The position numbers were made by a program, and so were the translations under genes. Source: Folioceros fuciformis (lineage: Eukaryota). From it: a stretch of 20,000 nt of DNA. The stretch is taken from assembly GCA_049999805.1 (NCBI GenBank), contig JBNGIO010006345.1, positions 234,460 through 254,459 on the forward strand, read 5' to 3'. Below, in pieces: positions 1 to 9,509 of this stretch (the stretch's first letter is position 1; every line of letters begins with the position of its first letter). The notes under the pieces are model-generated. The model had not been told where the DNA came from. It did no database searches and was given only the letters and a program-made list of their open reading frames with translations.

Positions 1-1419
1 ACCTCGTGCTGCAGTCTCCAACTCAGTCTCGGAATGCAGGTGAATGTTAGAGATTCAACACAGGTGAATTTTAGAGATACAATCCTCTGCCACTTACTCT
101 AGCATTTTAGGAAATTCATTAATATCAATGTTTAGTGACCGAGGGTCGCAAAAAGGCACGGTCCCTGCTGCTCGATCCGGGATCGAGCGTAGCCAGCCAG
201 GCGGTCCCGGGGACTGAGTAGTACTCGGTCAAAATGACACCCAGAGTTACTTCCATCCGCCAGCCCGGCGGCGCCGGGCCAGTCAGATGTACCCACCAAG
301 TTGTCGGCTTTAGATGGGATAAACGGGGGAAGATGATGCAATAAAGTGCAATGGGTGGTCCCACGTCCCAATGGCTGTCTGCACACTAAAACACTCCAGT
401 GTGACAGATGACTTTATACCCAAGTGTACAAACCGCTCGCAAATCCCAACAGAATATCTCTTGACCGTCCTATGGGAGGCCACTGTCCTACTTGAAATCC
501 CTGTCTTTCCTTCAGATTCTGGCACGGTGAGAGAATGATAAGGAGGGCATGCACAGCTTGCAAGGTACTACCCCCCGTGCTTTCCGTGCTGCAGGTTGCA
601 ACAGTGCTGCGCAGGGACTCGAGTCATCAGTCACCAGCCAGCCAGGGAAGGCCGGAAACTCTGTCAAGTACTCTGGAACTGGTACAGAGCATACAGAACG
701 TGTCTGGCTCTCCTTTCCAGGCGAACTGGTCATCACCTGTCCTCACTCCAGAACGGAATCATCACCAACACCTTCCAGCTTTCTGAAAGACGCAGGTCAC
801 CTGTTGCCAGCTCTCATCGCAGACTGCGAGAGGGCGTCATTGGTGTGGTACTTGTGCTCGGGAGTTCTCTAGTAGAAGGCGGACTTCATCACCTGGCTGG
901 CACCCAGCCAGCTTCTGACTCGCTTCTCATCCTCTGGTAAGCAAGTATGGAAAGCCGCGGCAGCAGCAGTATCCGATTCTCGATTTGTGGTCAGGATCCG
1001 TTTGCTTTGTATGTGGTATTCCGGTGTGAGGTTTAAATCCACCTCGCTGTCATTCCCGAAGTAGCAAATCGGAAATGGCCAGCAGACAGTCAGCTCTGTC
1101 GCTAGCGAACTTCCTGGCAACGAGGAACTTGACTGCCCTCAAGTACCTGCAAGCTGGCAATCAGATTCTTGCTAATTTCCTCTCTCTGGTACGTTCTGGG
1201 ATGCCCCTTCAGCCTCTTCAGCAGCTGCTCCTAGTCAGGTCTCAGAGACAAGTTTACAGACGTAAAGGCGTGTAGTGTACTGCACTCAAAGTCTTTGATG
1301 TTTAGAGTAGGGGGCAATTATTGCTTCTCTAGATAGCATTTGTGCGGATTCTCCACGCAGGGAGTGCGGAACTCCTTCCTGTTTAGTGTTTCTCCTCTGG
1401 ATCATAAAACAAATGCGCG

Positions 1420-1850
1420 TCTGTTTGTGAGCACGAAAACGTGTGAAAACTTCGTCCCAAAGAGTGAGAACTTCACCCCTGATCCCGTCGTCAACTTTAG
1501 CGCCCCTCCTCCATAGCCTCACTTGGGGACAGTATCTCCCGGCGATACACATTTTCGATTCCGGAGCTGCAACTGGAGTGGAGGTGTCATCTCTGAAGGC
1601 TAATGCGGTTGGATGCATGACTCACGAAGGCTCATCTCCACGGAGTTAAAATTGGATGCAGCCAGAGTGTTGCAGATACGCCTGAACCCGGAGGAAGGAG
1701 TGCAGCTTTCTAATAGGAGAGACAGGTGTTCATTCAGAGGGTCATCCAGAAAAGTCACTGCTAGGAACCGCCTTTCTGCTGGGATCGGTGAAGAGCGCTG
1801 TGCCTCGTCCCCTAGCCTTTGAGGGAATTCCTCCTTTTAGTGAAGCAACA
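1420..1850 (-). pseudogene. DUF266/Core-2/I-branching glycosyltransferase pseudogene fragment (mid-domain)
   Basis: Manual minus-strand translation of 1800-1626 gives AERRFLAVTFLDDPLNEHLSLLLESCTPSSGFRRICNTLAASNFNSVE. This aligns with ATRRLLANALLDDPMNEYFALLSEHCIPIRGFQHVYNLLTSSNKSFVE of the intact gene. A GTGAGT...TTGCAG intron (1625-1567) joins in frame to ..GRYCPQVRLWRRGA, resembling the family GRY..P....W(R/K)KGSQ motif. Frameshifts occur near 1800-1830. Outer ends are approximate. Confidence 0.75.
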
Positions 1851-1879
1851 AGCAGCTGAGCAAGACTTGCCCTGCAAAT

Positions 1880-2281
1880 CGCGTGTTTCAACACCAGTCT
1901 GTGAGACCCTCAGAGTGCCTTTCGCGGTCGCCGCAGAACCTAACAACCGAGTCATATCCAGTCCCGAGCCCTTTCCGAACTTCATGAATAGTACTGTATG
2001 TACTTGGGCCTGGGGGACAGACTGAGCTAAAAGCCTTAAGCATGGCCGTGCTTTTGTCCTATCCTCTCCCTTCTTGGGTGCTGTTCTGCGGTACTGTGAA
2101 TGAACTGCGTGTTCCGTGTCCATCGGCATGAACTCAAATCATTGATGTCCTCGCCACCTGATTAGCTAAAGGTGCCATAGCCAGAAGCTGCAACCAAGGG
2201 ACAAGGGAAAGGCTACCGAAAGAACAGGTCTGCACCCTGTCGTGGGCTCACATGTTAAACGAAGAAAGTAGTTCTTATTTG
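1880..2281. repeat. Diverged duplicate of the 3' flank of the intact DUF266 gene (copy of ~9361-9826)
   Basis: Collinear shared blocks such as GTATGTACTTGGG, GTCCATCGGCATGAACTC and AACAGGTCTGCACCCTGT occur in the same order in both regions. Confidence 0.85.
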
Positions 2282-2680
2282 CTAGTTCCTTAGCATGCGT
2301 TCGGCCATTCCAATCGGAGCATCAATGCTGTCGTCGAAAGAATTTCCTGGCGCACACATGAACCCCACCCCTCTTTGTACTGCAGAAATATGAAAAGTTC
2401 CCAGCACGCCTCCTTCGTGGTGTAGGTTTTAGGATGGGATCCTCCAGCTTGCTGCTAATCTACAGGCGTCAGAGTAAAGGGTTTTGTGCCGTTTCGATCC
2501 TCTACGGCAAGGACAGTGGCGAAGCGTTGCTCCTCGGGGTAGCAGGACTAAAAGGATCGTAACAGGGCACCTTGAATTTCGGCCAATATTAATTGTCCTA
2601 CACAAACCAGAGTACGTGCCTTCGCACCAGAACCACGAACTGTGACCCCACACTGAACTGAAGAGGTTGAACAAGAGGGC
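2282..2680 (-). pseudogene. Pseudogene copy of exon 2 of the DUF266 glycosyltransferase
   Basis: Translates as QFSVGSQFVVLVRRHVLWFV*DN*YWPKFKVPCYDP/CYPEEQRFATVLAVEDRNGTKPFTLTPVD*QQAGGSHPKTYT. It is collinear with 10210-9827 and carries in-frame stops and frameshifts. The equivalent TAG stop is at 2284-2282. Confidence 0.92.
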
Positions 2681-3029
2681 GCGCCCCCACTGAAACGCAC
2701 GTTCTCTTACGCAGTGTGCTCGCAGGCCGGCGTCGAGCCTGTGAGGTTGTCATCATCGGAGTCCGATGGGCGGGTTTCCACGAGCTTGAAAGAATTAGTT
2801 GACCACGCAGCCAACTCTACTTGTCTCTAGCTGCTCATCAGAACTTCTCTCAACTGCTCATCAGAACAAGTCCGAGTCAAGATGGGAAAGCGGAATGGGT
2901 AAGCGGTGACAGAGGCGACAATTCTTGCCTGGGCAACCGACCGCATCAGACCAGAACACAATTCACGGATAATCCCACCGTGAAGCATTGGCGATTAGGC
3001 ATGACCAAAAGTTCAAACGAAGAAGGATC

Positions 3030-3645
3030 CTGAATAAGGAAGGGAGCTCCACAGGCTCAAACCTACCTCTGTTGGCTCCAAAAAGTGGTCCTGACACGCT
3101 TCATGATTTTCCTTTAAATTGGTAATCGTGACCAGTTCTGGCTACCCGACTCCATCCATTTTGCTTTGGGATGCTGAAGCGATTTTGTTTTCGTCAACAG
3201 AGTCCATACAAGCTTACGACAATCGCAAGGCGAGAGCGTACTTTCTCTCAATTTACGTATGACGCCAACACATATCGAGCCCCCGTACAGGCTTGGAAGT
3301 TGTTGCTCTGAGAGGGTTTCTTATCAGTTCGAGAGACGCTCAGAAGGCATCTTGTCTGAAGCTGCAGAGACGTAGTGGCCTTTCCAGCAATGCCAGAATT
3401 GCTGTCCCGTGGACAGCTTGCATCCGAGCAAGTCCCTTTTTCACTGATGGAGCGTAGAGTAATTAAATGGCAAGATAAGCCAGGGGAAGTGAGATAGGCC
3501 AGGAAATGAATGTGCTGGTGACTGAAGCAAACATTTTGTCCCATCAGATCATCAGACACAAGGCACTAAAATTGTCACCATGAAGATAAGGGCATGACCA
3601 GGACATCAAAAAAGGAAGGATTCGTCACAAGCTGCAGAAGGAAAG
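3030..3645. repeat. Chimeric duplicate: 3030-3355 matches ~9090-9400 and 3345-3645 matches ~12163-12503
   Basis: Shared blocks ACCTCTGTTG, CTACCCGAC, GGGATGCTG and TTGCTC.GAGAGGGTT match the 9.1-9.4 kb region. Then GCATCTTGTCTGAA, TCCAGCAATG.CAGAA, CCGTGGACAG, AATGGCAAGAT, TCACCATGAAGA and GCAGAAGGAAAG match the 12.2-12.5 kb region. Confidence 0.8.
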
Positions 3646-3848
3646 CAAGCTGCACAATAAACAAATTTCCCACAAGTTGAACTTTTACCCCACATTGCCC
3701 TGGCAGGGGTACTCTAGTCCGTAGGCAAAGGCGTACGTACCAGAGGACCGCTGAGCATGACTGACTATTGCATAGAGCTTCACCACATGCAAGAGTTCGA
3801 AATGCAGAAGCTTCAAGCGAATAACCACACCAGCCATGAAGCTTTGAC

Positions 3849-4556
3849 CTTCATCAAATTGGAGGCTCCGGCCAAACACTCCGGCGTCAGTAAACACAAC
3901 CTCCATGTCTCCCTCCATATCTCTTTCCCCGCTGCCCATGCTCCCCGAGAAGCTTCCTCTGACGTCTGAAGTCCAGCTAAGCGCACAGCAAGACTTTTGG
4001 TGCCAGCTCCTGAGATTTTGGCTTGCTACGGGAAATGGTTACCTTCATTCACATCATACCCCGCCAGAATGTTACTATCCTTCAGAGTTCACACCACATA
4101 ACCGCCTTGCATCACTTGATCTGAACCATGTCAGACTGTCACTGCTTCAAGATTCTCTGCAAACATCCAGAATCCCCAAAGAATCGGTTGATGCACACAT
4201 GTCACTTGAACCATTCACAAACAAACGGATAGCAAAGCTTACTTACGTCAAGTCTCATAGGCTGGGTCTTCATCAATGGAATCCTTCTCCTCTTCAAAGC
4301 CGTCCTGGAAGAGGCCAGTTGGCACAAGTGATTTTCTTCACTGAACAAGAGATTGGCCACATGGGCAAGAGGGCAAGACTGCTATCTCAGATCGCAGCCA
4401 ACCTGTTAACACGGCATCTTGCCCCATTGAAGAGCCCTTTCCATCTCCAAATTTCTGCTCTTGTTGACCCAAGACGAAATCTCACCTTTAACAGCCAGAT
4501 TTCCAGGATTGGTCTTCCTTCTATCCACAGTAGACTTCAACCTCTCCTTCCTCCTC
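3849..4556 (-). pseudogene. SART1: SART-1 family (U4/U6.U5 tri-snRNP protein, Snu66/DOT2-like) pseudogene fragment with retained introns
   Basis: Exons 4556-4403 (..EISSWVNKSRNLEMERALQWGKMPC*Q), 4304-4247 (DGFEEEKDSIDEDPAYET*) and 4156-4043 (NLEAVTV*HGSDQVMQGGYVV*TLKDSNILAGYDVNE) are linked by phase-consistent GT-AG introns of 98 and 90 nt. They match remembered plant DOT2 motifs LSWVxRSRK..RAxQLS.IFEEQD and LxGVKVLHG...EGGAVILTLKD..L..GDVNxE. Region ~4020-3849 gives VVFTDAGVFGRSLQFDE, similar to the later VVFTE..FVWGLQ motif. Several stops are present. Confidence 0.75.
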
Positions 4557-4994
4557 CTGCAGTGTATTGCGATGTATGATCATCTCAGACAAGGTGCAGA
4601 TGAAGTGTGCACTGCAGTGCAATGGAACCCTGCAAAACCATACACCCGATGAAAAAAAAAGGAAAAGGATCCGGCAGGTCAAAAAACATAAAACTCTCCC
4701 ATCTCTAACATTCAGCACACATGCATGGTAGAACTTCGAAACACATTTGCTTCCCAACATTTTGCAAAATAGCAACATCCTTGCAAGCGTGCTACAAAGC
4801 TACACTAAATACATGGCCCCCTCGTGACGACAACCTGAGAGCTGCTACCCACAAACAAAGTTCTACAGTACAGGAACCTCCAAAGACAATCCACTGCAAA
4901 AAACTGCCAAGGACAGTCAAACACCCCAAGGTCGAAGATGTACCTGGATACTCGTACTACCGTAGTGTTCGTAGGATACCTGCCGAGGCTCTTC

Positions 4995-5454
4995 TGACGC
5001 TGGGTTCGCATGATGCCCGACCCGGGCATCATACGAATCGCCCCGCGGGTTCCGTGGTTCGCATGTGACCCGAGCAAGAACCCGGGCCTTGTGAAATCCA
5101 CCTACACCATTCGGTGGTTTTTGTCTTTTCAGACCGGGTTTCACCGGTTGAAAACCCTAAGGGTGGTTTACCATGGGACTAAGGCTGGGTTCGCATGAAC
5201 CCGAACCCGACATCAAAAATACATGACGTGGCGAAAAGGACACGATCAAGCCACACTAAATACAGTAAAGTAACTGGTTCCGAGTCGGGATGTTTCCCGG
5301 GTCCATTTTTAGATACCTGAGAAATCCTTCGGGTGAGACGAAACCGAGTTACCGGAATGGCAAAAAATCCCATGCACGGCATCTTCAAGAAACATCGGGT
5401 CGGGTCTTCATGGAAACTACATTGAACTCAAGAACCCCGTTATTTCTAGTTGTG
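4995..5454. mobile_element. CACTA (En/Spm)-like transposon end with subterminal repeats
   Basis: TTTCTAGTTGTG at 5443-5454 reads CACAACTAGAAA on the minus strand, one mismatch from a CACTACTAGAAA-type TIR. The preceding ~450 bp is dense in direct and inverted GGTTCGCATG / ACCCG / CGGGT motifs, including the hairpin ATGATGCCCG-ACC-CGGGCATCAT (5010-5032). No partner TIR was found in the window. Confidence 0.45.
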
Positions 5455-5752
5455 TAGGGTACAAGTGTGGCGTTTCGGAGTGGGCAGATGGTTGGCAGTC
5501 GCGAAGTAGAAAGAATAAATTGGCGCAAGAAAGGAGGAGAAGAAAAACGAAATTGAGATAGGTTAAAAAAAAGAAAACAAAAGGAGAAGAGAGGAGGAAA
5601 AAATTGGATTAAGCTAAAGAATTGAAGTAGGAAAAAAAAAAGAGGTCACCAACTAAGTGGTGGAGGGTAGGTTCAAAGCCAACCATGGCTTCCCAAAAAA
5701 GAGAAAGGTGAAAAACCCATGAGGCCAAACTCTCACAACAATTACTTCGATT

Positions 5753-5837
5753 ACGAGGATGCACAACCACCTCCTTGGAAGAGAGCTAAAAGAGACGAGG
5801 ATGCACAACCACCTCCTTGGAAGAGAGCTAAAAGAGA
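5753..5837 (+). repeat. Perfect 42-bp tandem duplication (x2), encoding EDAQPPPWKRAKRD
   Basis: ACGAGGATGCACAACCACCTCCTTGGAAGAGAGCTAAAAGAG starts at 5753 and at 5795. Confidence 0.95.
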
Positions 5838-6611
5838 TGGTCGTCCATCCCCTAACCCGCAACAACAGCCAATGGTTCCTAGTCTGGGACTAGAAGCAAC
5901 AATAGCATCAGCAATCAATCTTAGGGGAGCCACCTACATGACCAAATCTCCAATGAGGCGTGATCTTTCCTCAACCAAACCCTTCAATGCTGACAATGAG
6001 GGCCCCATGTGGTCATGGTCACACTCTCAATCACATGTCTCTGTCGAAATCGAGGGAATGGATGGTAGGGAAAGGAAAGCTACGACGAGGGGGAAAGGGA
6101 ATGCAAGGCGAAGAGGGCAAATGGTGGGATTGTAATAGGAAACGAAAGCAAAGTATATCAATGGATGATTTCGAGAAAATGGAGGAAGACTCAAACAATT
6201 GGGATGAGGTAGAGAAGCTCTTAGACAAACTTGGAAAAGAGGAGAGCAAGATGTGTGCCAAAAAAAAAACTCTAGCTTATGCGCCGATTCCTACATCAAA
6301 TTCGAAAGTCAGCATACCAATTCAACCAAACTCAGCCTTCATTCCAAAACAGGGTAGCAAGGTTTTCGACGCTAAACCCTAAAAGCACATAACATGCCTG
6401 AAGAAAATTCACTTTACTCTGAGGACAAGCAATCTAGAGAAGGAATACATAAAATGGTTATTACGCAACTGGTCAATCTATGAGGAAGGCAAATTGGAAG
6501 TGGCAGAACTGCAGGAGATGCTTGTGGTTGCGCTAACACCTCACATGCCACTAAAAGAAAACTTGGACTCCAAGCCTTCCAAAAACGTTTGCTCTTGATT
6601 GAGCCTAAAAG

Positions 6612-6841
6612 GGAGCTCGAGTTCAAAGGGCATCCCAAAGACCTCTAGGGGCTCGAGCCTAAAGGCCACCACAAAAAGCTTGGAGAGCTTGATCCCAAAG
6701 GATGTCACAAAGCCCTTGGGGGTCTCAACCCCACAAGGGACCAAAAAGACCTTGGAGGCCTCAAGCCTAGAGGTCCCAACAAAGACGGTGGGGGCTTCAA
6801 GCCCAGAGGGCACAACAAAGACCTTGGCGGCCTCAAGCCCA
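6612..6841 (+). repeat. Degenerate 36-bp tandem array (~6.5 units; 12-aa Ser/Thr/Lys-rich repeat)
   Basis: Units resemble RGGCCTCAAGCCYAGAGGGCACMACAAAGACCTTGG with 36-nt periodicity. The ORF 6599-6859 shows 12-aa repeats ([16 protein letters not shown]). Confidence 0.8.
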
Positions 6842-7212
6842 CTCCAAGTCCAACTTTGATTCGAACTCCCACTCTAACCTGGACTTCAACTACGACTTCG
6901 ACTCCGAATCCAACTCCAACTCCCACTCCCACTGCCACTCCAACGACGACTTCGACTCCCACTCCAACTCGAACTCGAACTCCCACTCCCATTCCAACTC
7001 CCACTCCTACTCCAACTCCAACTCCCACTCCTACTCCAACTCCAACTCCCACTCTGACTTCCACTGCCATTCCAACTCCCACTCCCACTCCAACTCCAAC
7101 TCCCACTCCAACTCTGACTTGGACTCCAACTCCAACTCTAACTTTGATTCAGACTCCAACTCCAACTCCAATTTGGACTCCGATTCAGACTCGGACTCCA
7201 ACTCCAACTCAA
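6841..7212 (+). repeat. Hexamer microsatellite (ACTCCA/ACTCCC)n, reading as (TP)n, (SN/SH)n or (GV)n
   Basis: About 370 bp of imperfect ACTCCM repeats, seen directly. Confidence 0.95.
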
Positions 7213-7989
7213 GGGCCTGAGCCTAGTAGGCACCACAAAGACTTCAAGCCCACGGTCTCCACCCTTGAGCCTAGAGGCGGCAAATGTAGAAGCAAGCGAA
7301 GATGAGGACATAGATGTGGATGTGGTTGGATTATAACCATAAAAATAAGAGGAGTAAGGAAGCTTACGATCACCCTTGGGTCTACACTTAAGCTTAAATT
7401 GAGAAATCAGCCTGTAGCTCCGAAAGGAGGTAGACTCAGGATTACGAACTAGTGATAACATGGATGTTCATGTTGTTAAAATAACACCACCCGCTAACCA
7501 AATTAAAAAAGGACCAAACCATGGAGAGGAGGAACCATTAAATGACGACTCAAGCTTGGCCCTATGATCCTGAACATGAACATGAATCAAAATGTGGCTA
7601 TAATGTCTTTTTACAAAGGAGGGACAATTTTAAGCACAACTCCCGTTGGCTGGGATCCTAACTTCGGTTACTACTTATATCTTGGTATGAAACATATGAG
7701 GGGCCCAACATAGAACGTGATTGGAGTACCAATTTTCAATTTATATCTTGAATTCACTAATTATATCCTAATATATATAATAAATATATTTAAATTGAAA
7801 TATACATTTAATTCAATTATAATTATTCCCATTACCGCACCTAGCTTTCATGTGAATGTGAATCCAAGCTAGGGATTTATGCACAATTCTCCATTGAGTC
7901 AAAACTTAATACACATTGACATGCTAAATTACACATAACACCCGTACGTGCAAAATTGTCCATCTTTTTCTTCAAACCCAAATACTATT

Positions 7990-8080
7990 TCATGGCATAT
8001 GAGATGTCCAATGTATTGTAGGATGTAGTGCCCACAGTGTTCATCCTCAAGTAGTAGGGGACACACAACTATGGATCTTT
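7990..8080 (-). pseudogene. Ulp1/peptidase C48-like catalytic-Cys fragment (transposon-associated)
   Basis: VVCPLLLEDEHCGHYILQYIGHL resembles the CPQQxxxxxCGxYVLxYI segment of Ulp1 proteases carried by plant Mutator/CACTA elements. The conserved Gln is missing and no His/Asp segment was recognised. Confidence 0.4.
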
Positions 8081-8283
8081 CTATTGTGTTTACTTCAATA
8101 TTATTTATAACTATTAATTTCATGTCGAGGATCATTTTGAATTTTGAAATGAATAAATTATCGTATTGTCCTCCAAAACATCATTTTCATATCTCATACT
8201 ATGCAAAAACTTTAACTTTGTAGGATTTTGAGTATTAGCTAGGTTTGAACATGAGACCTCTTCTATTTAATTCTCAAATGATA

Positions 8284-8352
8284 TGATGTTGATGATGATC
8301 ATGATAATAATAATAATAATAATAATAAATATTATAATGATAATAATATATA
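8284..8352. repeat. (TGA)n/(TAA)n microsatellite
   Basis: TGATGATGAT followed by eight TAA units at 8305-8328 and an AT-rich tail. Confidence 0.9.
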
Positions 8353-9509
8353 TTTAGGGTTCTAACACAAAACCTCGTATGTGCGACCATGGTACATATG
8401 TGCGACCTTGTCAGAGATATTGGTGTGTGGAGGTGGCGTGGCTGCTCTCTGTCCAACAAGATTGCTGTCCGGAAACTGTGCGTTTTATTCGTCTGCAGGG
8501 AAACGTTATCGCTTCCGGTTGAGGCAAGGCCTGGCGTCACGCTTGTACCACATGACCTTGGCCAAGGTCATTCCCTTTTTCTTCAGAGGCTACCTCCCGC
8601 CCATTTCCTGACAGAGGAATATGAAATCCTGGCCCAGTTGTAGACAGCTAGACTGTCCGTACGTTGATGGATCATGGGAAGGCAACTTCAAGACCGCACC
8701 CGGACCAGATGCACGTGCAGGGCCCACTCTTTACTTGACTTGTATAAACCTCCTGCCATTTCTGAGATGCATGTTCTTTGTGCTCTGCCCCCGTCACAAA
8801 GAGAACCAGGTTCAACGAGTCCCTCGGTAGCTAGTAGATTCTGAACATCTCGATACAGTATTAGCTAGGTACGTAATGAGTTTCAAAAAATCCGCATTCA
8901 GCGAAATTGGGCATGGAAGTGGGATTCGAACAAGAATTATGGGAAACGAGAATGGGATACTTGCCGATGGGGCCTTCTAATGTGCAGGGATGTTGGATGT
9001 TGGATTTGTCTTGTTCTCTACCACAGGCTAGAAAGGACGACAGTGGACCAGACAGCCAAAGGGTCTTGTATGAGTGTCGTGTGTCAGAGTTCAGGATAGG
9101 CCAGGGAGTTACAACTTTAAACCTCTGTTGCCCAAGCAAACGCGGCCTGACAAGTTTCTGGTCTTCCCTTCAAATTTGTAACGGTCGCCAGGTTTGCCTA
9201 CCCGACGCTGTCCATTTCTTGGGGGATGCTGTAGCACTTTGGCTTTCATCATACAACCAAGCGACAGTCGGAAGGCGGGTGCTTTCTCACAGAGTGTGTG
9301 TGTGGCCAAAGTTAAAAAGCATGGAAGCCGCGCAGGTGTGAAAATTCTTGCTCAGAGAGGGTTCCTCATCAGTATGCGAGAGACTCAGAAGGACTCTTGT
9401 GGTGGCCGTAGAATCCAACAACAATGTCATCTTCAGTCCTGGAGAAAGTTTTCTGGTCTACACGAAAGTATGTACTTGGGGCCTGAAGTAAGGACAGTCT
9501 GATGAGCTA

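Larger units (their letters stand above)
5455..8350. mobile_element. Degenerate TE-like relic (unclassified; possibly Mutator or CACTA) with broken low-complexity ORFs
   Basis: A-rich and largely CpG-poor. It contains interrupted plus-strand ORFs (5719-7305), internal tandem arrays and a Ulp1-like fragment, and is bounded on the right by a (TAA)n tract. Boundaries are approximate. Confidence 0.4.

Noticed and set aside
37..82. Short ~18-24-bp tandem duplications (also 2831-2867, 8378-8412, 11472-11506)
   Set aside because: They are real but ordinary slippage or repair duplications with no further structure.
263..300. Helitron 3' hairpin
   Set aside because: A GC hairpin is present, but no convincing CTRR-T terminus lies at the expected short distance on either strand.
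358..420. snRNA-type USE (GTCCCACGTCC) plus TATA promoter
   Set aside because: The spacing to the nearest TATA-like motif (~45 bp) fits neither the Pol II nor the Pol III plant snRNA arrangement, and no snRNA sequence follows.
594..1190. Putative plus-strand exons (acceptor ~593, donors ~936 and ~1189; LANFLATRNLTALKYLQAGN)
   Set aside because: Splice-like signals exist, but I could not establish a consistent frame or a recognisable family.
3905..4579. 224-aa plus-strand ORF as a real gene
   Set aside because: It has no recognisable motif and lies antisense to the SART-1 pseudo-exons and their introns.
6705..7305. (TP)n extensin/mucin-like or (GV)n protein gene
   Set aside because: The open frames result from a stop-free hexamer microsatellite. 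There is no signal peptide and the flanking frames are broken.
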